Translations under genes and position numbers: made by a program
The notes under the pieces: generated by a model
Database searches by the model: none
Seen by the model: only the letters and a program-made list of their open reading frames with translations
What the model was told of the DNA's origin: nothing
Shown: piece after piece, positions 1 to 10,512 of the stretch
How the letters are laid out: each line of letters begins with the position of its first letter
Numbering within the stretch: the first letter of the stretch is position 1
Assembly (NCBI GenBank): GCA_000002445.1
Contig: AE017150.2
Span: 896,001 to 960,000, forward strand
Source: Trypanosoma brucei
Lineage: Eukaryota
Direction: 5' to 3'
DNA length: 64,000 nucleotides

Positions 1-445
1 TGTCCAAGTCCCGGACAGGATCGAGTTCACCCTCCACATGAGTGATGTCTTCCTCCTCGAAAACACGGATCATATGAATAACACCATCACATTCATTGAT
101 GTGAGATAAGAAAGCATTGCCAAGCCCCTCCCCGTGACTGGCCCCGCGTACCAAGCCAGCAATATCACGTATATGAACCTGTGCTGGGACAACAGACGCC
201 GGCTTGTTAAGCTGCACCAGCTTGTCAAATCTGTCATCCGGAATGTTTATGTCCGCCGTATTAGGATCTATCGTGCAAAACGGACGATTTTCCGCTGGAA
301 CTCCCTTTTTGGATAACACGTTAAAAAATGTGGACTTACCAACGTTCGGGAGCCCAACAATGCCGACCTTCAGATTACTGCCTGGCCGCCCGAGGAGAAC
401 CGTAAGGGACTCCTGTGATTTGTCATCCTTCTTCTTAGGTGGCAT
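1..445 (-). CDS. OLA1: Obg-like ATPase 1 (OLA1/YchF family GTPase/ATPase), N-terminal part; C-terminus lies beyond the left window edge
   Basis: Reverse-strand translation starts [62 protein letters not shown]... This carries the G1 P-loop (GLPNVGKST) and the YchF/OLA1-specific N-terminus. The ATG is at 443-445 (complement). Confidence 0.9.
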   Translation of the reverse strand, partial: MPPKKKDDKSQESLTVLLGRPGSNLKVGIVGLPNVGKSTFFNVLSKKGVPAENRPFCTIDPNTADINIPDDRFDKLVQLNKPASVVPAQVHIRDIAGLVRGASHGEGLGNAFLSHINECDGVIHMIRVFEEEDITHVEGELDPVRDLD

Positions 446-658
446 ATATTTCCTTCCAAATTGAAGTTTAGTTAGCACAATTCAGGCGGCTAAGGGTCAA
501 AAGGGTTGAAACAAAATGAAGAAGGTACTTATTTACAACAAGAAGCACCCAGTACACGCAAATACGCATTTTAAAAAAAAAAAGCGCAACAACTCGATAA
601 GCCTTTGGGTTATATGGATGGCTAACATTGGTAAACGAACGTTATGCCGCCATTTATG

Positions 659-1201
659 TCATAGACTGAATCGAGCAATCGACATATCATTAACTGAGCT
701 CTCTTCTTCATCTCCGGTGAAGTGGGTGACACTGGGTTCTTGTACACCGCTTCCACCATCGGTAGAACTATACGAACGACAAGCGCAGGCACAACAATTG
801 TTTTGTAACAATGCCTTCAACTCCTCTAGCTCCCTCGTTTTCGACGATATGAGGGCCGCGTTTTCGGCAAGGGCCTCCAAAAGAACGCGGTCGTCACCAT
901 CGGCATTTAGGGTGCTAATATCGTTGCTCGATAACGTCTGATGTCTTGTCCCTGAATTACGTCCTTCATCATTCAAGAATTCATTGATGTTAGCGTTGCT
1001 CTCCTTTAGTTTTTGAATATACTTTTCAATTTCTTCGATTTTATATGCAATGATCTCCATTTTATCACCATCCGACACAGGACCAATTAGCTTCCGCGGT
1101 AAAGCGGCGCTCCGTCGGAGCATGAACACACCCGGGAGAACCATATCCCCCCAACCATCACTACCGTCACCCGACATATCCTTTATACTAAAACAACACA
1201 C
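659..1201 (-). CDS. hypothetical coiled-coil protein (180-aa ORF; true start may be an internal Met)
   Basis: ORF on the same strand as the flanking minus-strand genes. It includes a heptad-like segment (EIIAYKIEEIEKYIQKLKESNANINEF). No recognisable domain. A plus-strand ORF (516-941) overlaps it and was judged less likely. Confidence 0.4.
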   Translation of the reverse strand: MCCFSIKDMSGDGSDGWGDMVLPGVFMLRRSAALPRKLIGPVSDGDKMEIIAYKIEEIEKYIQKLKESNANINEFLNDEGRNSGTRHQTLSSNDISTLNADGDDRVLLEALAENAALISSKTRELEELKALLQNNCCACACRSYSSTDGGSGVQEPSVTHFTGDEEESSVNDMSIARFSL

Positions 1202-1387
1202 ACAGATGTATATACCTAGAAAAACGAACGTCTCAACAAAGTGAAAGTTTATGTGTGATATAAAGATAAATTTATATCACAGTGACAATCGCAATAACGC
1301 TCCAAGCAATACAAAGCAAAATGAAAGCTTTAACCTGCACTGAGGCATAATTCAAAAAAAAAACTAAAACTAGATTGCCACACATAT

Positions 1388-2935
1388 CTACAATTTTAAC
1401 TTAGAAATGAGCGAAACACAATCTAGGGCTAACTCAACAGCCCTCACAGACCGCCGAAACTCTTCGCAATCCACCATGTGACCACTTGATACATAAGACC
1501 TACCGCTTCTGTACTGCCCAACAACACTATTTGCATATGACATCGAACTCATCAGCTTAGCGTGATCCTCAGCAATTTTCTCTACCTCCTGGACATACGT
1601 TGCCGGAGGCTCCACCAAAGAGGGGTTAAGACAAATAGCATGTGAAACCAGCACGGCGTGTATGGCGCCAGCAAAGTGCCGAAGGTACGCATTCTGACTA
1701 CCGTGACGGGGTAACCGACGGCAAATATACTCAGCTAAAAACAGACAACATATGCCAACGACCCCGCCGTTGGTATACATCGAACCAGAATACACCTCGT
1801 AGGCGTATTGAGCTGCCTTTTCACACACTTCTAGTAGAGCCAACTTGGTGATGGGATCACCAACGGGAATTACTATTGTCGCCACACTGTTTTTTCCATA
1901 TATCCAAAGCCCTCCCTCTCTTGACAGCGTTGCTCTGCGCACCATTCCGACCTTAAAGAAACCCCGCTTCGCTGATCCAGCGTATTCTGCCCACGCACAA
2001 AACTCGTGCTCGGTATGAAATGGTGTTGCTCCCGTTGCATGCTGGATAGCGTCACAGACACACAACGACAACCGCTCAAGAGAGACTATTCCCATGTCAA
2101 AAAGCAGTTCCTTCAGCTCACAACACATCAGGCGCTGGGATCCCAAGAAACTAACCCCTATACTGCCCACCAACGTTAGAAAGTCCTCCAACACAGCACC
2201 TCTCATCTCAAGTGAGCACGAAAACAGCAGTATACCACCTTCTCTACAGTCACCCTCCAACAGCATTCGTGATTCTATGGGCAAGTTAACAGATATAAAT
2301 ACCCCATCTTCCACATAAACCTCACTCAACTGTGTTTCCACAGATGACAATAAACACTGACTAACTTCTAGCATGTGGGCATCACTCGTTAAAAAGTATA
2401 TATTCTTTTTTTGGATCACAACATTAGAAATAAGTTGCGCAAGAAAGGCACAATCACCTTTTGCCAAAACACCGCAGCTGAGCAAAATCGACTCCACTCC
2501 ATGCAAGCAGCAATGACTAAATGTTGACTTACACCTTTCGGACCACAAGAAGCCGAAATAAGCTTCGTTGGCCCACTCCTTCAGCAACTTTACAGCTTGA
2601 TGCAAATACATACGTTTCCGGTAACAACAACTGACGCCGCCTACAACACCATCTACTGCACCGAAAAGCCTACATACTAAAAAACCAACCAGCAAACGCG
2701 ACGATTCTTCATAAAAATAAACTTCATTTAAACCTGAAGCCCGAGAAAGCAGCAAGGCACCAAAAAGCTGATTACAACTGTCCCCGCTTTGCATCATACT
2801 GTATTTGACAACATAGCTAAACCACGCAGCCTTAACACTAATACCAGAAGAATCAACAAACAAAAAACGTCTACGACGCCCATATACTTCAAAAAAACAT
2901 ATATTTAAAAAAGTTAACAACTCTTTCAAATTCAT
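1388..2935 (-). CDS. hypothetical protein (~515 aa)
   Basis: Long minus-strand ORF running 1388-3028. The most upstream 93 nt (2936-3028) lie inside the SIRE-like repeat, so the start is placed at the MNLKELL Met. No domain recognised by eye. Confidence 0.55.
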   Translation of the reverse strand: MNLKELLTFLNICFFEVYGRRRRFLFVDSSGISVKAAWFSYVVKYSMMQSGDSCNQLFGALLLSRASGLNEVYFYEESSRLLVGFLVCRLFGAVDGVVGGVSCCYRKRMYLHQAVKLLKEWANEAYFGFLWSERCKSTFSHCCLHGVESILLSCGVLAKGDCAFLAQLISNVVIQKKNIYFLTSDAHMLEVSQCLLSSVETQLSEVYVEDGVFISVNLPIESRMLLEGDCREGGILLFSCSLEMRGAVLEDFLTLVGSIGVSFLGSQRLMCCELKELLFDMGIVSLERLSLCVCDAIQHATGATPFHTEHEFCAWAEYAGSAKRGFFKVGMVRRATLSREGGLWIYGKNSVATIVIPVGDPITKLALLEVCEKAAQYAYEVYSGSMYTNGGVVGICCLFLAEYICRRLPRHGSQNAYLRHFAGAIHAVLVSHAICLNPSLVEPPATYVQEVEKIAEDHAKLMSSMSYANSVVGQYRSGRSYVSSGHMVDCEEFRRSVRAVELALDCVSLISKLKL

Positions 2936-2957
2936 ACTAATCACGCTAATACAAACC

Positions 2958-3512
2958 TCATAATCAGACGCAAATCCAACATAGAAAAAGAAAAGGGGAT
3001 AAATCCGGTTAATTCCTCCTTCCGCCACACCAGCAGCACAAACACAACAAAAATGACGAAAAATGATACCAAATCACAACTACAAAAGAAAAAAATAAAA
3101 GTTACGAAACCATCCCGACACCTTGAAACATTTGAACAACACAAATAGCTGCGGGGGCTACGACAACCACAACAACGCAGCAACCAGTGGACCCTCTGAG
3201 GGACGGATGCTCGCACCGCAAAGAAAACTTCGGAGAGCACCACACACACACACACACACCCGTCTGAACCGCTCCCGTCGCGAGAAACAGCCTCCGCCTC
3301 TTCTCAGGTCAAGCACCGCTTAATACCACCGAACCAACATTCCCCACTGCATTCCGCACCCACACCACGGAAACACCACCGTCCAGACACGCTACAACAG
3401 TAAATATGAGTAGGGCCCGTCAAAACACACGGCATCCGGTGGGAAATGCCAACACGTTGCCACAAATTGGCGCAATCATGCAAAAGTCACTACCGCAACA
3501 ACCGAGGGCACT
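2958..3512 (-). mobile_element. SIRE-like short interspersed element, apparently intact solo copy (inverted relative to the copy at 4634-5057 plus 9357-9492)
   Basis: Reverse complement of 3089-3512 matches 4634-5057 base-for-base apart from a few substitutions. Reverse complement of 2958-3088 matches 9357-9492. The contiguous copy therefore equals the two pieces that flank the 4.3-kb internal region of the neighbouring element. Confidence 0.55.
3241..3259. repeat. (CA)9 microsatellite inside the SIRE-like repeat (mirrored as (GT)n at 4888-4906)
   Basis: cacacacacacacacacac seen directly; the mirror copy gtgtgtgtgtgtgtgtgtg lies in the right-hand repeat. Confidence 0.9.
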
Positions 3513-3847
3513 CCAGTAGCCTCAGTTGTCATATCTTCGCTTTTCCTCCCGCTCCTGGAGACACCCTTGCTGTCCCACCAACCGCCTGAATCTACGCGCA
3601 CCTGCCCGCAGACGGCCCTTTTGTCACCGGTTTCCGCCCACACCTGTCACCGCAGCAACAGCCCGCCTATACTCCACGAGCCGGTGCCGGCAGAGGGAAG
3701 TGCCTTGCTTTTCGCATAATGCCACTGAACAAAGTCCCAAGCGAAAACAATGAGGGACAGCCGCACAAGACCGCCCAGTAGCGTAGTGACGGCAGCTCAG
3801 ATAGAGCGCTGCGGACCCAATGGATGCCATGACGGCTCTGAGGTTTA

Positions 3848-3861
3848 CCCCCCCCCCCCCC
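3848..3861 (+). repeat. C14 homopolymer (G14 on the minus strand)
   Basis: aggtttaccccccccccccccgtgg seen directly. Confidence 0.95.
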
Positions 3862-4404
3862 GTGGAGGCAAACTCAGCGAGACCGGGGTCAAAGGGCCCA
3901 CTTGCCTTGTTCTGCCGATAAAACATAGAAAGGCGACAGGTGACCCGCGGCATCTGGTTTCCTGTCAGCAAGGTGGTGTCGACCACTGCAGCCCCATCGT
4001 GCAGTGGGTGCCATTCCCCAGCGTAAGAAAAGCATCGGTTGGGTGTGTGCCCTATCTGGTCCCCGGATGAACCTTCCCAACATATCGCTAGTCACATTCT
4101 TTTGCGGCGACCCACCCTCAAGCCCTTGCTAGCGGCCAAAGCTCTTCAGACACGGGTGTACTGGTACTTGTTGAGGATTTCCCTCACCTTATTCGGGTTC
4201 CATCTTTGGTGCTTCAGTGCGTTAGAAGGTCCGCCATATGCTGGCTCGTTGGGTGCATTTTTCGATACGTAGAACACGGTCTCAACGTCTTATTGGCGAA
4301 GCTCCGGCAAATTGCTATGGGGGCCCAGTGACCGGGCAAAGGTCCTACGTTTGAGGAGTCGCGGCTGACGGGCGACTTTTGAGTACCACATTTCAAAGGA
4401 AAAT

Positions 4405-4414
4405 GGGGGGGGGG
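4405..4414 (+). repeat. G10 homopolymer
   Basis: aaaatggggggggggcggcc seen directly. Confidence 0.95.
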
Positions 4415-4633
4415 CGGCCAGTGATTCAATCGGTTCGTCCGGAACATTAAGTGGCCTTGGAGATGAAATCCTTTACTTGCCTCGGAAGCGACGCAAATCT
4501 CTCACTATAGTTGGGGAGAAATAGCCCTCGCCCCTCCGGCGTCCAAGCTTGCACGCGGAAGTACCCTAAGGGTGACGCTACCTAATCATAGAGGGACAAC
4601 GCATCACAAGAACTTCGAACTGCGGAAAGATAA

Positions 4634-5057
4634 GAGTGCCCTCGGTTGTTGCGGTAGTGACTTTTGCATGATTGCGCCAATTTGTGGCAACGTGTTGGCA
4701 TTTCCCACCGGATGCCGTGTGTTTTGACGGGCCCTACTCATATTTACTGTTGTAGCGTGTCTGGACGGTGGTGTTTCCGTGGTGTGGGTGCGGAATGCAG
4801 TGGGGAATGTTGGTTCGGTGGTATTAAGCGGTGCTTGACCTGAGAAGAGGCGGAGGCTGTTTCTCGCGACGGGAGCGGTTCAGACGGGTGTGTGTGTGTG
4901 TGTGTGGTGCTCTCCGAAGTTTTCTTTGCGGTGCGAGCATCCGTCCCTCAGAGGGTCCACTGGTTGCTGCGTTGTTGTGGTTGTCGTAGCCCCCGCAGCT
5001 ATTTGTGTTGTTCAAATGTTTCAAGGTGTCGGGATGGTTTCGTAACTTTTATTTTTG
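4634..5057 (+). repeat. SIRE-like 5' terminal piece of the composite element (right arm of the inverted repeat)
   Basis: Inverted match to 3089-3512. Confidence 0.7.
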
Positions 5058-5867
5058 TGAGGTTGAGAAAGGAATCGTCCATCCTTACCACTTTCCTTGT
5101 TATTCGTTCTTTCCTTTCTTATATATGCATAGAAAAACTATTACTGAGGAAAGTTTTTTAAAAAGGTAAGTAATCGCTGTAAGTTTTGAGAGATGGTAAC
5201 GACAACCCCTCCAACTATATTGGATGCCGAATGGAAAATAAGTTTGAAAGAAATAAGGACTTTTGTGAAGCAGGGCGGTCGGACCACATTTTCATTCGAC
5301 TATTGTCCCCCTTTTGGAAATACAGCGGTACACGTAGACGGTTTGGTGAGGCTTGAAAATGGAGAGCTTCGAGTGATTTTTGACTAGGCAGCTAAATTTC
5401 GTCGATTTACGGAGCTCGTTGGTTTCCTTCAATATGCCCTAAAACATTGAATTCTTGTGTATGTTCAAAGAAAATAGAGATATGTTTCGTAACGAATGTC
5501 TAGCACTAGAAGCAAATAAGTCTAATTTATACCAACAGTACGAAATGACAAGACCACAAATGAATGATGAGCACTGGAGAATGCAAAACCAGTCGATGGA
5601 ACTGAATAGGCAAGTTGAAAGGTTCATGCAAGAAAATTGTGCTTTGAGAGGGGAAATGGAACAGATGCTCTTCCATAACAATAGGTTAGTAGTTGTCATT
5701 GAATCGATAACACCTGAGTTACACCACTGGAAGATATTAGCAAATACGGACGCCACACATAAAACGGATCCAGTTGTCGAACAAGGGAGAGTAAAGAATG
5801 AATCAGATCAAAAGGAAAAAGGTAGAATAGAAATAAAGTTCCCTTTTGACTCATACAAATCACAGTT

Positions 5868-6440
5868 TTGTCAGAAATCAAGCGGTTAACATGTAAGGAA
5901 CCACAAGGTAGGAATCAGAGGCATTCAGCAGGTAAAAATAGCTTTGTGGGCAAGGGTTTTCCCCCTAAAGAAAACATACGGACGTTTAAAGGGGAGATCG
6001 AATACATGACGGAGACATCACCGGAACAGTTTTTTAACTGCGTACAAAGAATTGTTCCCATTACCACAAAAACCGGATTACGGGTCACAATGCGTCTGGG
6101 AGCAATTTGCGGCGTGGATAAGTGCAGTGGGAGTATAAGGATCTCAGAAGGTGGGATAACAGTCGGGAGGTCGATTCACACTTATCTTCGAGTCTTACAA
6201 ACAGCGAAAGCCCATCCGGGGGTGCGAGTGGAAGCGTTGGCAAAGGCAGTACATGACTCAAGGAGGGACGAGGATCCATACCATCAAGCATACCCAAAAG
6301 TTCAAAAACCGACTTCCCAAGTTAGCAGAATACGATGCTTCCGATGTGGGAAGTTGGAGCACTACAGTGCGTCATGCTTCGTTAAGGATGCCAAGGTTCC
6401 GTGGAAGCCAACAAGCGAATACCGGCCCCGGAAACAGTAA
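5868..6440 (+). pseudogene. gag-like ORF fragment with a CCHC zinc knuckle (retroelement ORF1 remnant)
   Basis: 190-aa ORF containing the CX2CX4HX4C knuckle CFRCGKLEHYSASC. Neighbouring frames carry further fragments (5455-5889, 6253-6708). Confidence 0.55.
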
Positions 6441-6870
6441 GCTTCGGGGCCGAGAAAATATTGGAATCCGTATCCATGGTTACGGGGCCAAGGACCCACA
6501 AGTGGGTAATAGCGAATGGAGAAATGCCACGGAAAACTTGCCGGGTAAAGGTCTGATGGTAGAGGAGGACACAGAGGACACAAAGGGAAGAGAGCCAGCA
6601 AGAGAAACGGCATCCCCAGTTTTGCGCCCTACGAAAACACCGGTAAACGAAGTTATCGTTATAAAACTGGCGACCCACGATCCGGTTATGGCGGCGTGGG
6701 CTTCATAATCGAATTGCATAGCAAGGGTCATGAGGACACAGTCAACTTGGGAGCAGCGGCGGTCGATTCTCAGAAGATTCTGCGAGTTTGCGGCAAAACA
6801 CAACGTGGAGCCAAGTGAGGGGAATGTTCCCATCTTCATTGTGAGTTTGTAACTGGACAAAAGCAGCGCC

Positions 6871-7382
6871 GTGAGGTATACAGGAACTCTTTTGTCGATG
6901 CTGGCAGCGGAAAAGGCACTAGCAAGAATGTTTTTGTTGGGTTTGCAGAGAAAAGTGGAGGAAACACCAATAAAGCAGGCCTGCCCCATGGAGATGTGGG
7001 AGCTGGACATGATAAGCGACACAACGGAACTGGAAAGGGAGCGAGTGGCCATGCGTCTGTCTTGGGTCACTGCCAGTCGTTGGGGAGAGATTGCTTCGCT
7101 GCAAAAGGAAAATTTTGTCGCTCATCCTCAGGACGAGGAGGCACTAATCGTCGACTGGGGGGCATCCCAAAGACATTCAAGTTAGATCCACGCAGAGCAG
7201 CGAGATATGTGGTCATCGCGGGCGAGGACGCCAAAAAGTTGAAGAAAGTCGTAAGGTTGATGGTGGATGAAGAAAAACTAACCACCATCAGCACAAGGGA
7301 CGTGGAAAACATTCTGAAACCTTACGCAATGACGGTACATTCTATAAAAAAAAAAGGGGGTCTCTACCTCATGCGACCGTAG
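6871..7382 (+). pseudogene. tyrosine-recombinase (DIRS/VIPER ORF2-like) fragments, frameshifted
   Basis: LSWVTASRWGEIASLQKENF resembles box I (TGLRxGELxxL). ...YAMTVHSIKKKGGLYLM resembles box II (HxLRH..G). The motifs are in two different frames. Confidence 0.45.
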
Positions 7383-8099
7383 CGGTGGTAGAAAACGACC
7401 TCGACTCACACATTCTGGCCCAGATGGGAAAACACGCGGACCCCATGGAATTTCGTCGGAGCACCACTAGGAATTTAGGGTCGTGGGTGGCAGTGCTAAA
7501 CAAGTAAATTTAACAGTGCTCATGCATAAACGGAGGGTGAGTGGGCCACGTTACTGTGGAAGGTTCAGAATCCAACGATAAAAATAATAGGACAGGACCT
7601 TTATTTCAGAGACACAACATTCTCCGACGCACCCATCAAACCAAGGTCGCCTCGGATACTGAGCAACAGGAGTCACCGTAACAACAGATGAATGTGGAGA
7701 CTTTATCGCTAAAATGGATCAAGTAACGACTGAATAGTCAATATTTACAGCTCTTCAATGATGTTTGGGAGACCATGCGCAGACCGGCCAGGAAAGAAGG
7801 TCGGGAATACGAGCCAAAATTGACGATTTCAGACCAGAATACTATCACCGTGGAAAGAGAGGGTACAATTCAGAAAGTGTCCAACAACCCTACCACGGGT
7901 TGGGCGGTGCCCTTCACGGTAGTTGAAGAGAAGCCAACGGGTTGTCGAGGGCGAATCATTACATGGCCAAAGTCTAAGAATGCACAGGACGATTATGAAG
8001 CTATTGTTCCTCTGGGACACGTGCCACGCTACCTGGATGCTGTCCATGATGAGGGTGCAGCGCTTTGTGATTTAAAAGCTTCGTTTTCTTAAAAGCGGG

Positions 8100-8335
8100 C
8101 TTGCTGATGGACACCCGATCAGGTTTCTTATGCCGGACGGCAGGTGGAAAGCTCGTGGAACTTGCCCGACTTCCTATGGGTTACAAGTGTGGCCCGGGAG
8201 TCTTACACACGGCCCCGTGTGTATTGGCCGGGGACTCTGCAGTAGTGAAAGCTGAATATGCAGCGCCTTCGTAGCTAAAAGTACATGTGTGGATTGATAA
8301 TATTCGTATTAGCAGTCCACGGGAAGTTGTAAACT
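8100..8335 (+). pseudogene. reverse-transcriptase fragment (motif B-like LPMGYKCGPG and motif C-like VWIDNI) with an in-frame stop
   Basis: Frame-0 translation ...VELARLPMGYKCGPGVLHTAPCVLAGDSAVV...(stop)...VWIDNIRISSPREV. The motif spacing of ~35 codons is typical of an RT. Confidence 0.5.
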
Positions 8336-9356
8336 GATGGAACAAGGTGATTAGAAGAAACATGTTACAGCGCGGCGCAACTTCATGGAAAAGCAAGTCC
8401 ATCACCGCACTATATGATTTCATTGGAGTCCACTTTGGTCATGGTTCAAAGATGGTGCCATTGAGCAAAAAAACGGTGCGGAAACTCAGGAGGCTATCCC
8501 ACTGAGAGGGTTACTGTTGACAGTTTGGAGAGCATAGTATCCCGAATGATGTATGCGGCAGGGGCACGGGGAGGTTCTCTGTTCCGACATTTTTTTTTCT
8601 TAAAGATGGTAAGACGGCGCTTGTCGGAGCTCAACAGGTGTGTCTTGGCGCAGAACGACATGGCACGGCTTTCCCTCCAGGCAATCCGCATGGGGCAGGA
8701 GTGACTAAGCGGGTTGATCGAAAAAGAACCCGTTAAGCCGTCAAGGTAATTACCGACTTCTGCAACATCGGTTACCGATGCTTCTATACACGGCTGGTGA
8801 GCTTCACTTTTTAAGGACAATGGGAAAGTATGGGCTTCAGGAGGCCAGCGGGCACAACCTCCACATTGTATCTCTCATACCAAGGCGAGAGCAGTGACAT
8901 TGGCATTGAGAGCTTTTCAGGGCAGCCTGCTTAATAATATTTACGTATGTGTGGATAATACTACAGTTATGCATGTCACGAAAAAAGGTAACACACACTC
9001 CGATGCTTCGGTTCAAGAAGTAAGTTTAATAGATCATGTTTATCTGGAGGAAGGCATCGAGGCTCTTTGGGACTATGTTGTTTCATTAGCGAATTTCGCT
9101 GATGGTATCTCACGGAGGAGGGCGGTTTTTCCATCGGACTTAGCGAAAGGGTGGAACTTGTGATAGGGAGCGCGGGAGGCGGGATGAGAACGCTTTCACC
9201 AATTCCTTATCGTAAGTGTTTTGTTTCTTTCATTGTCTTAATATTGGGAGTTTTACCTACATTGAAAAAGCTTACCGTGATACCCCAAAATTGGCCATTT
9301 AAATAATTATATCTTTATCATAATTCTCTTCTATATGTAGGAGTAGGTAAGGTGCA

Positions 9357-9492
9357 AACTATTCTTTTCTTTTGTAGTTGTGATTTGGTATCATTTTTCG
9401 TCACTTTTGTTGTGTTTGTGCCGCTGGTGTGGCGGAAGGAGGAATTAACCGGATTTATCCCCTTTTCTTTTTCTATGTTGGATTTGCGTCTG
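9357..9492 (+). repeat. SIRE-like 3' terminal piece of the composite element
   Basis: Inverted match to 2958-3088 (ttcttttgtagttgtgatttggtatcatttttcgtca...). Confidence 0.7.
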
Positions 9493-9748
9493 ATTATAAG
9501 ATTCATCCGTGCGTGTTGTATAATTATTGATTGTTTTATGTTTGTAATTGGTTATTTGTTGCTTGTTTCTTATATTGCTCTTTTATTTGCTTCGTTGATA
9601 TGCTCAAATATATTCTTTTACATGTTTGTAGTGTAGTGTAGTTGAAGGAAAGGGTCCTAGTTTGTACCTGAGTATTGTGTTACTCTTTTTTATATATGGG
9701 AAGGAATTGCCAATGCTTATATCTGCCTCCTTTGTGTCTTACCAGCGC

Positions 9749-10378
9749 ATGATCGTTGCAGAACATCGTGTTACGGCTACAATGAAAGGTGTTGTTGATG
9801 TTATGCTCGAGCAGCTTCCTCGTTATGACACTAAAGCCGTCTATCAGTATGATGAAAGCGTGTTTCATTTTCTTGTTGAAAATGAACTTGTGTACGGTTG
9901 TGTCACAGGTGTGGATCACACAAAGCGCGTGGTATTTGAATTTTTGTCACGTATCCGTGATTTCTTTAAAAAAGAGTTTGCTGGTAGCGATAGGCGATAT
10001 CCACGACCCTCGGCTATTTCTTTCAGTGCTTGCAGTAAATTCGGCGCAGTGCTTTCAGATAATATGCGGTCATTCAATGAAACTAATAGTACAGATAAAC
10101 TTGGTGAAATTAATAAACTTGTTGATGATACGAAGCATACAATGTTGGGGAACATAGACGTGCTAATTGATCGCGGGGAGCGAATTGAATTATTGTGTCA
10201 TAAGACGGAAGTGCTTAACACCGGATCCCGTGCTTTTCAGTCCAGTGCTAGGTCGTTAAAGTGGAAAGTGTGTATGGGAAAGATGCGGTTTGTTATTGGG
10301 ACGTTTTTACTTTTCCTTTTCTTTGCGACCATATCTTTCATTTTCATTTGCGGCACTAACCTCAAGTGCAAAAAGTAG
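9749..10378 (+). CDS. longin-domain R-SNARE (VAMP7-like vesicle-associated membrane protein)
   Basis: N-terminal longin-like region (MIVAEHRVTATMKGVV...LVYGCVTGVDHTKRVVFEFLSRIRDFF). R-SNARE motif (KLGEINKLVDDTKHTMLGNIDVLIDRGERIELLCHKTEVLNTGSRAFQSSARSLKWK). C-terminal TM segment (FVIGTFLLFLFFATISFIFI). Confidence 0.8.
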   Translation: MIVAEHRVTATMKGVVDVMLEQLPRYDTKAVYQYDESVFHFLVENELVYGCVTGVDHTKRVVFEFLSRIRDFFKKEFAGSDRRYPRPSAISFSACSKFGAVLSDNMRSFNETNSTDKLGEINKLVDDTKHTMLGNIDVLIDRGERIELLCHKTEVLNTGSRAFQSSARSLKWKVCMGKMRFVIGTFLLFLFFATISFIFICGTNLKCKK

Positions 10379-10512
10379 GAAACACGCTATCACGTAGTCG
10401 GACATTTTTTCATAGTGTAGTTTTTTATAGTTATTTCCACTTTGAAAAAAAAACATTGGTCACTTATTGCAGTTGCAGAGTAAGTGGTATTTGACAGATA
10501 CCTGCTGTTTTA

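Larger units (their letters stand above)
3513..4633. other. unique core of the divergent strand-switch region, between the inverted repeats
   Basis: All upstream genes are on the minus strand and all genes from 9.7 kb onward are on the plus strand. Only short mutually overlapping ORFs (<=120 aa) occur here. It contains a C14 run and a G10 run. Confidence 0.6.
4634..9492 (+). mobile_element. VIPER-like (DIRS-type, tyrosine-recombinase) retroelement, degenerate, with a SIRE-like 5' piece and 3' piece
   Basis: Termini at 4634-5057 and 9357-9492 are together collinear with the solo repeat at 2958-3512. The interior has, in order, a gag-like CCHC zinc knuckle (CFRCGKLEHYSASC, ~6320-6360), a tyrosine-recombinase box I-like motif (TASRWGEIASL, ~7060-7100) and box II-like motif (HSIKKKGG, ~7340), and RT motifs (LPMGYKCGPG ~8172-8200; WIDN ~8289-8300). 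All are interrupted by stops or frameshifts. Confidence 0.6.

Noticed and set aside
516-941. Plus-strand 141-aa ORF overlapping the minus-strand ORF at 659-1201
   Set aside because: It lies within a run of minus-strand genes. It has a low-complexity basic N-terminus (KKKKRNNS) and no motif. The minus ORF is co-directional with its neighbours.
3123-3323. 66-aa ORF identical to the ORF at 4824-5024 on the opposite strand (MKHLNNTNSCGG...HTHTHT...)
   Set aside because: Pure consequence of the inverted repeat. It reads through the CA/GT microsatellite (HTHTHT) and a low-complexity region. There is no independent coding evidence.
5455-5889. 144-aa coiled-coil ORF at the 5' side of the VIPER-like interior
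   Set aside because: It is not called as an independent gene. By position it is most likely another fragment of the element's gag-like ORF1, separated from the zinc-knuckle fragment by a frameshift.
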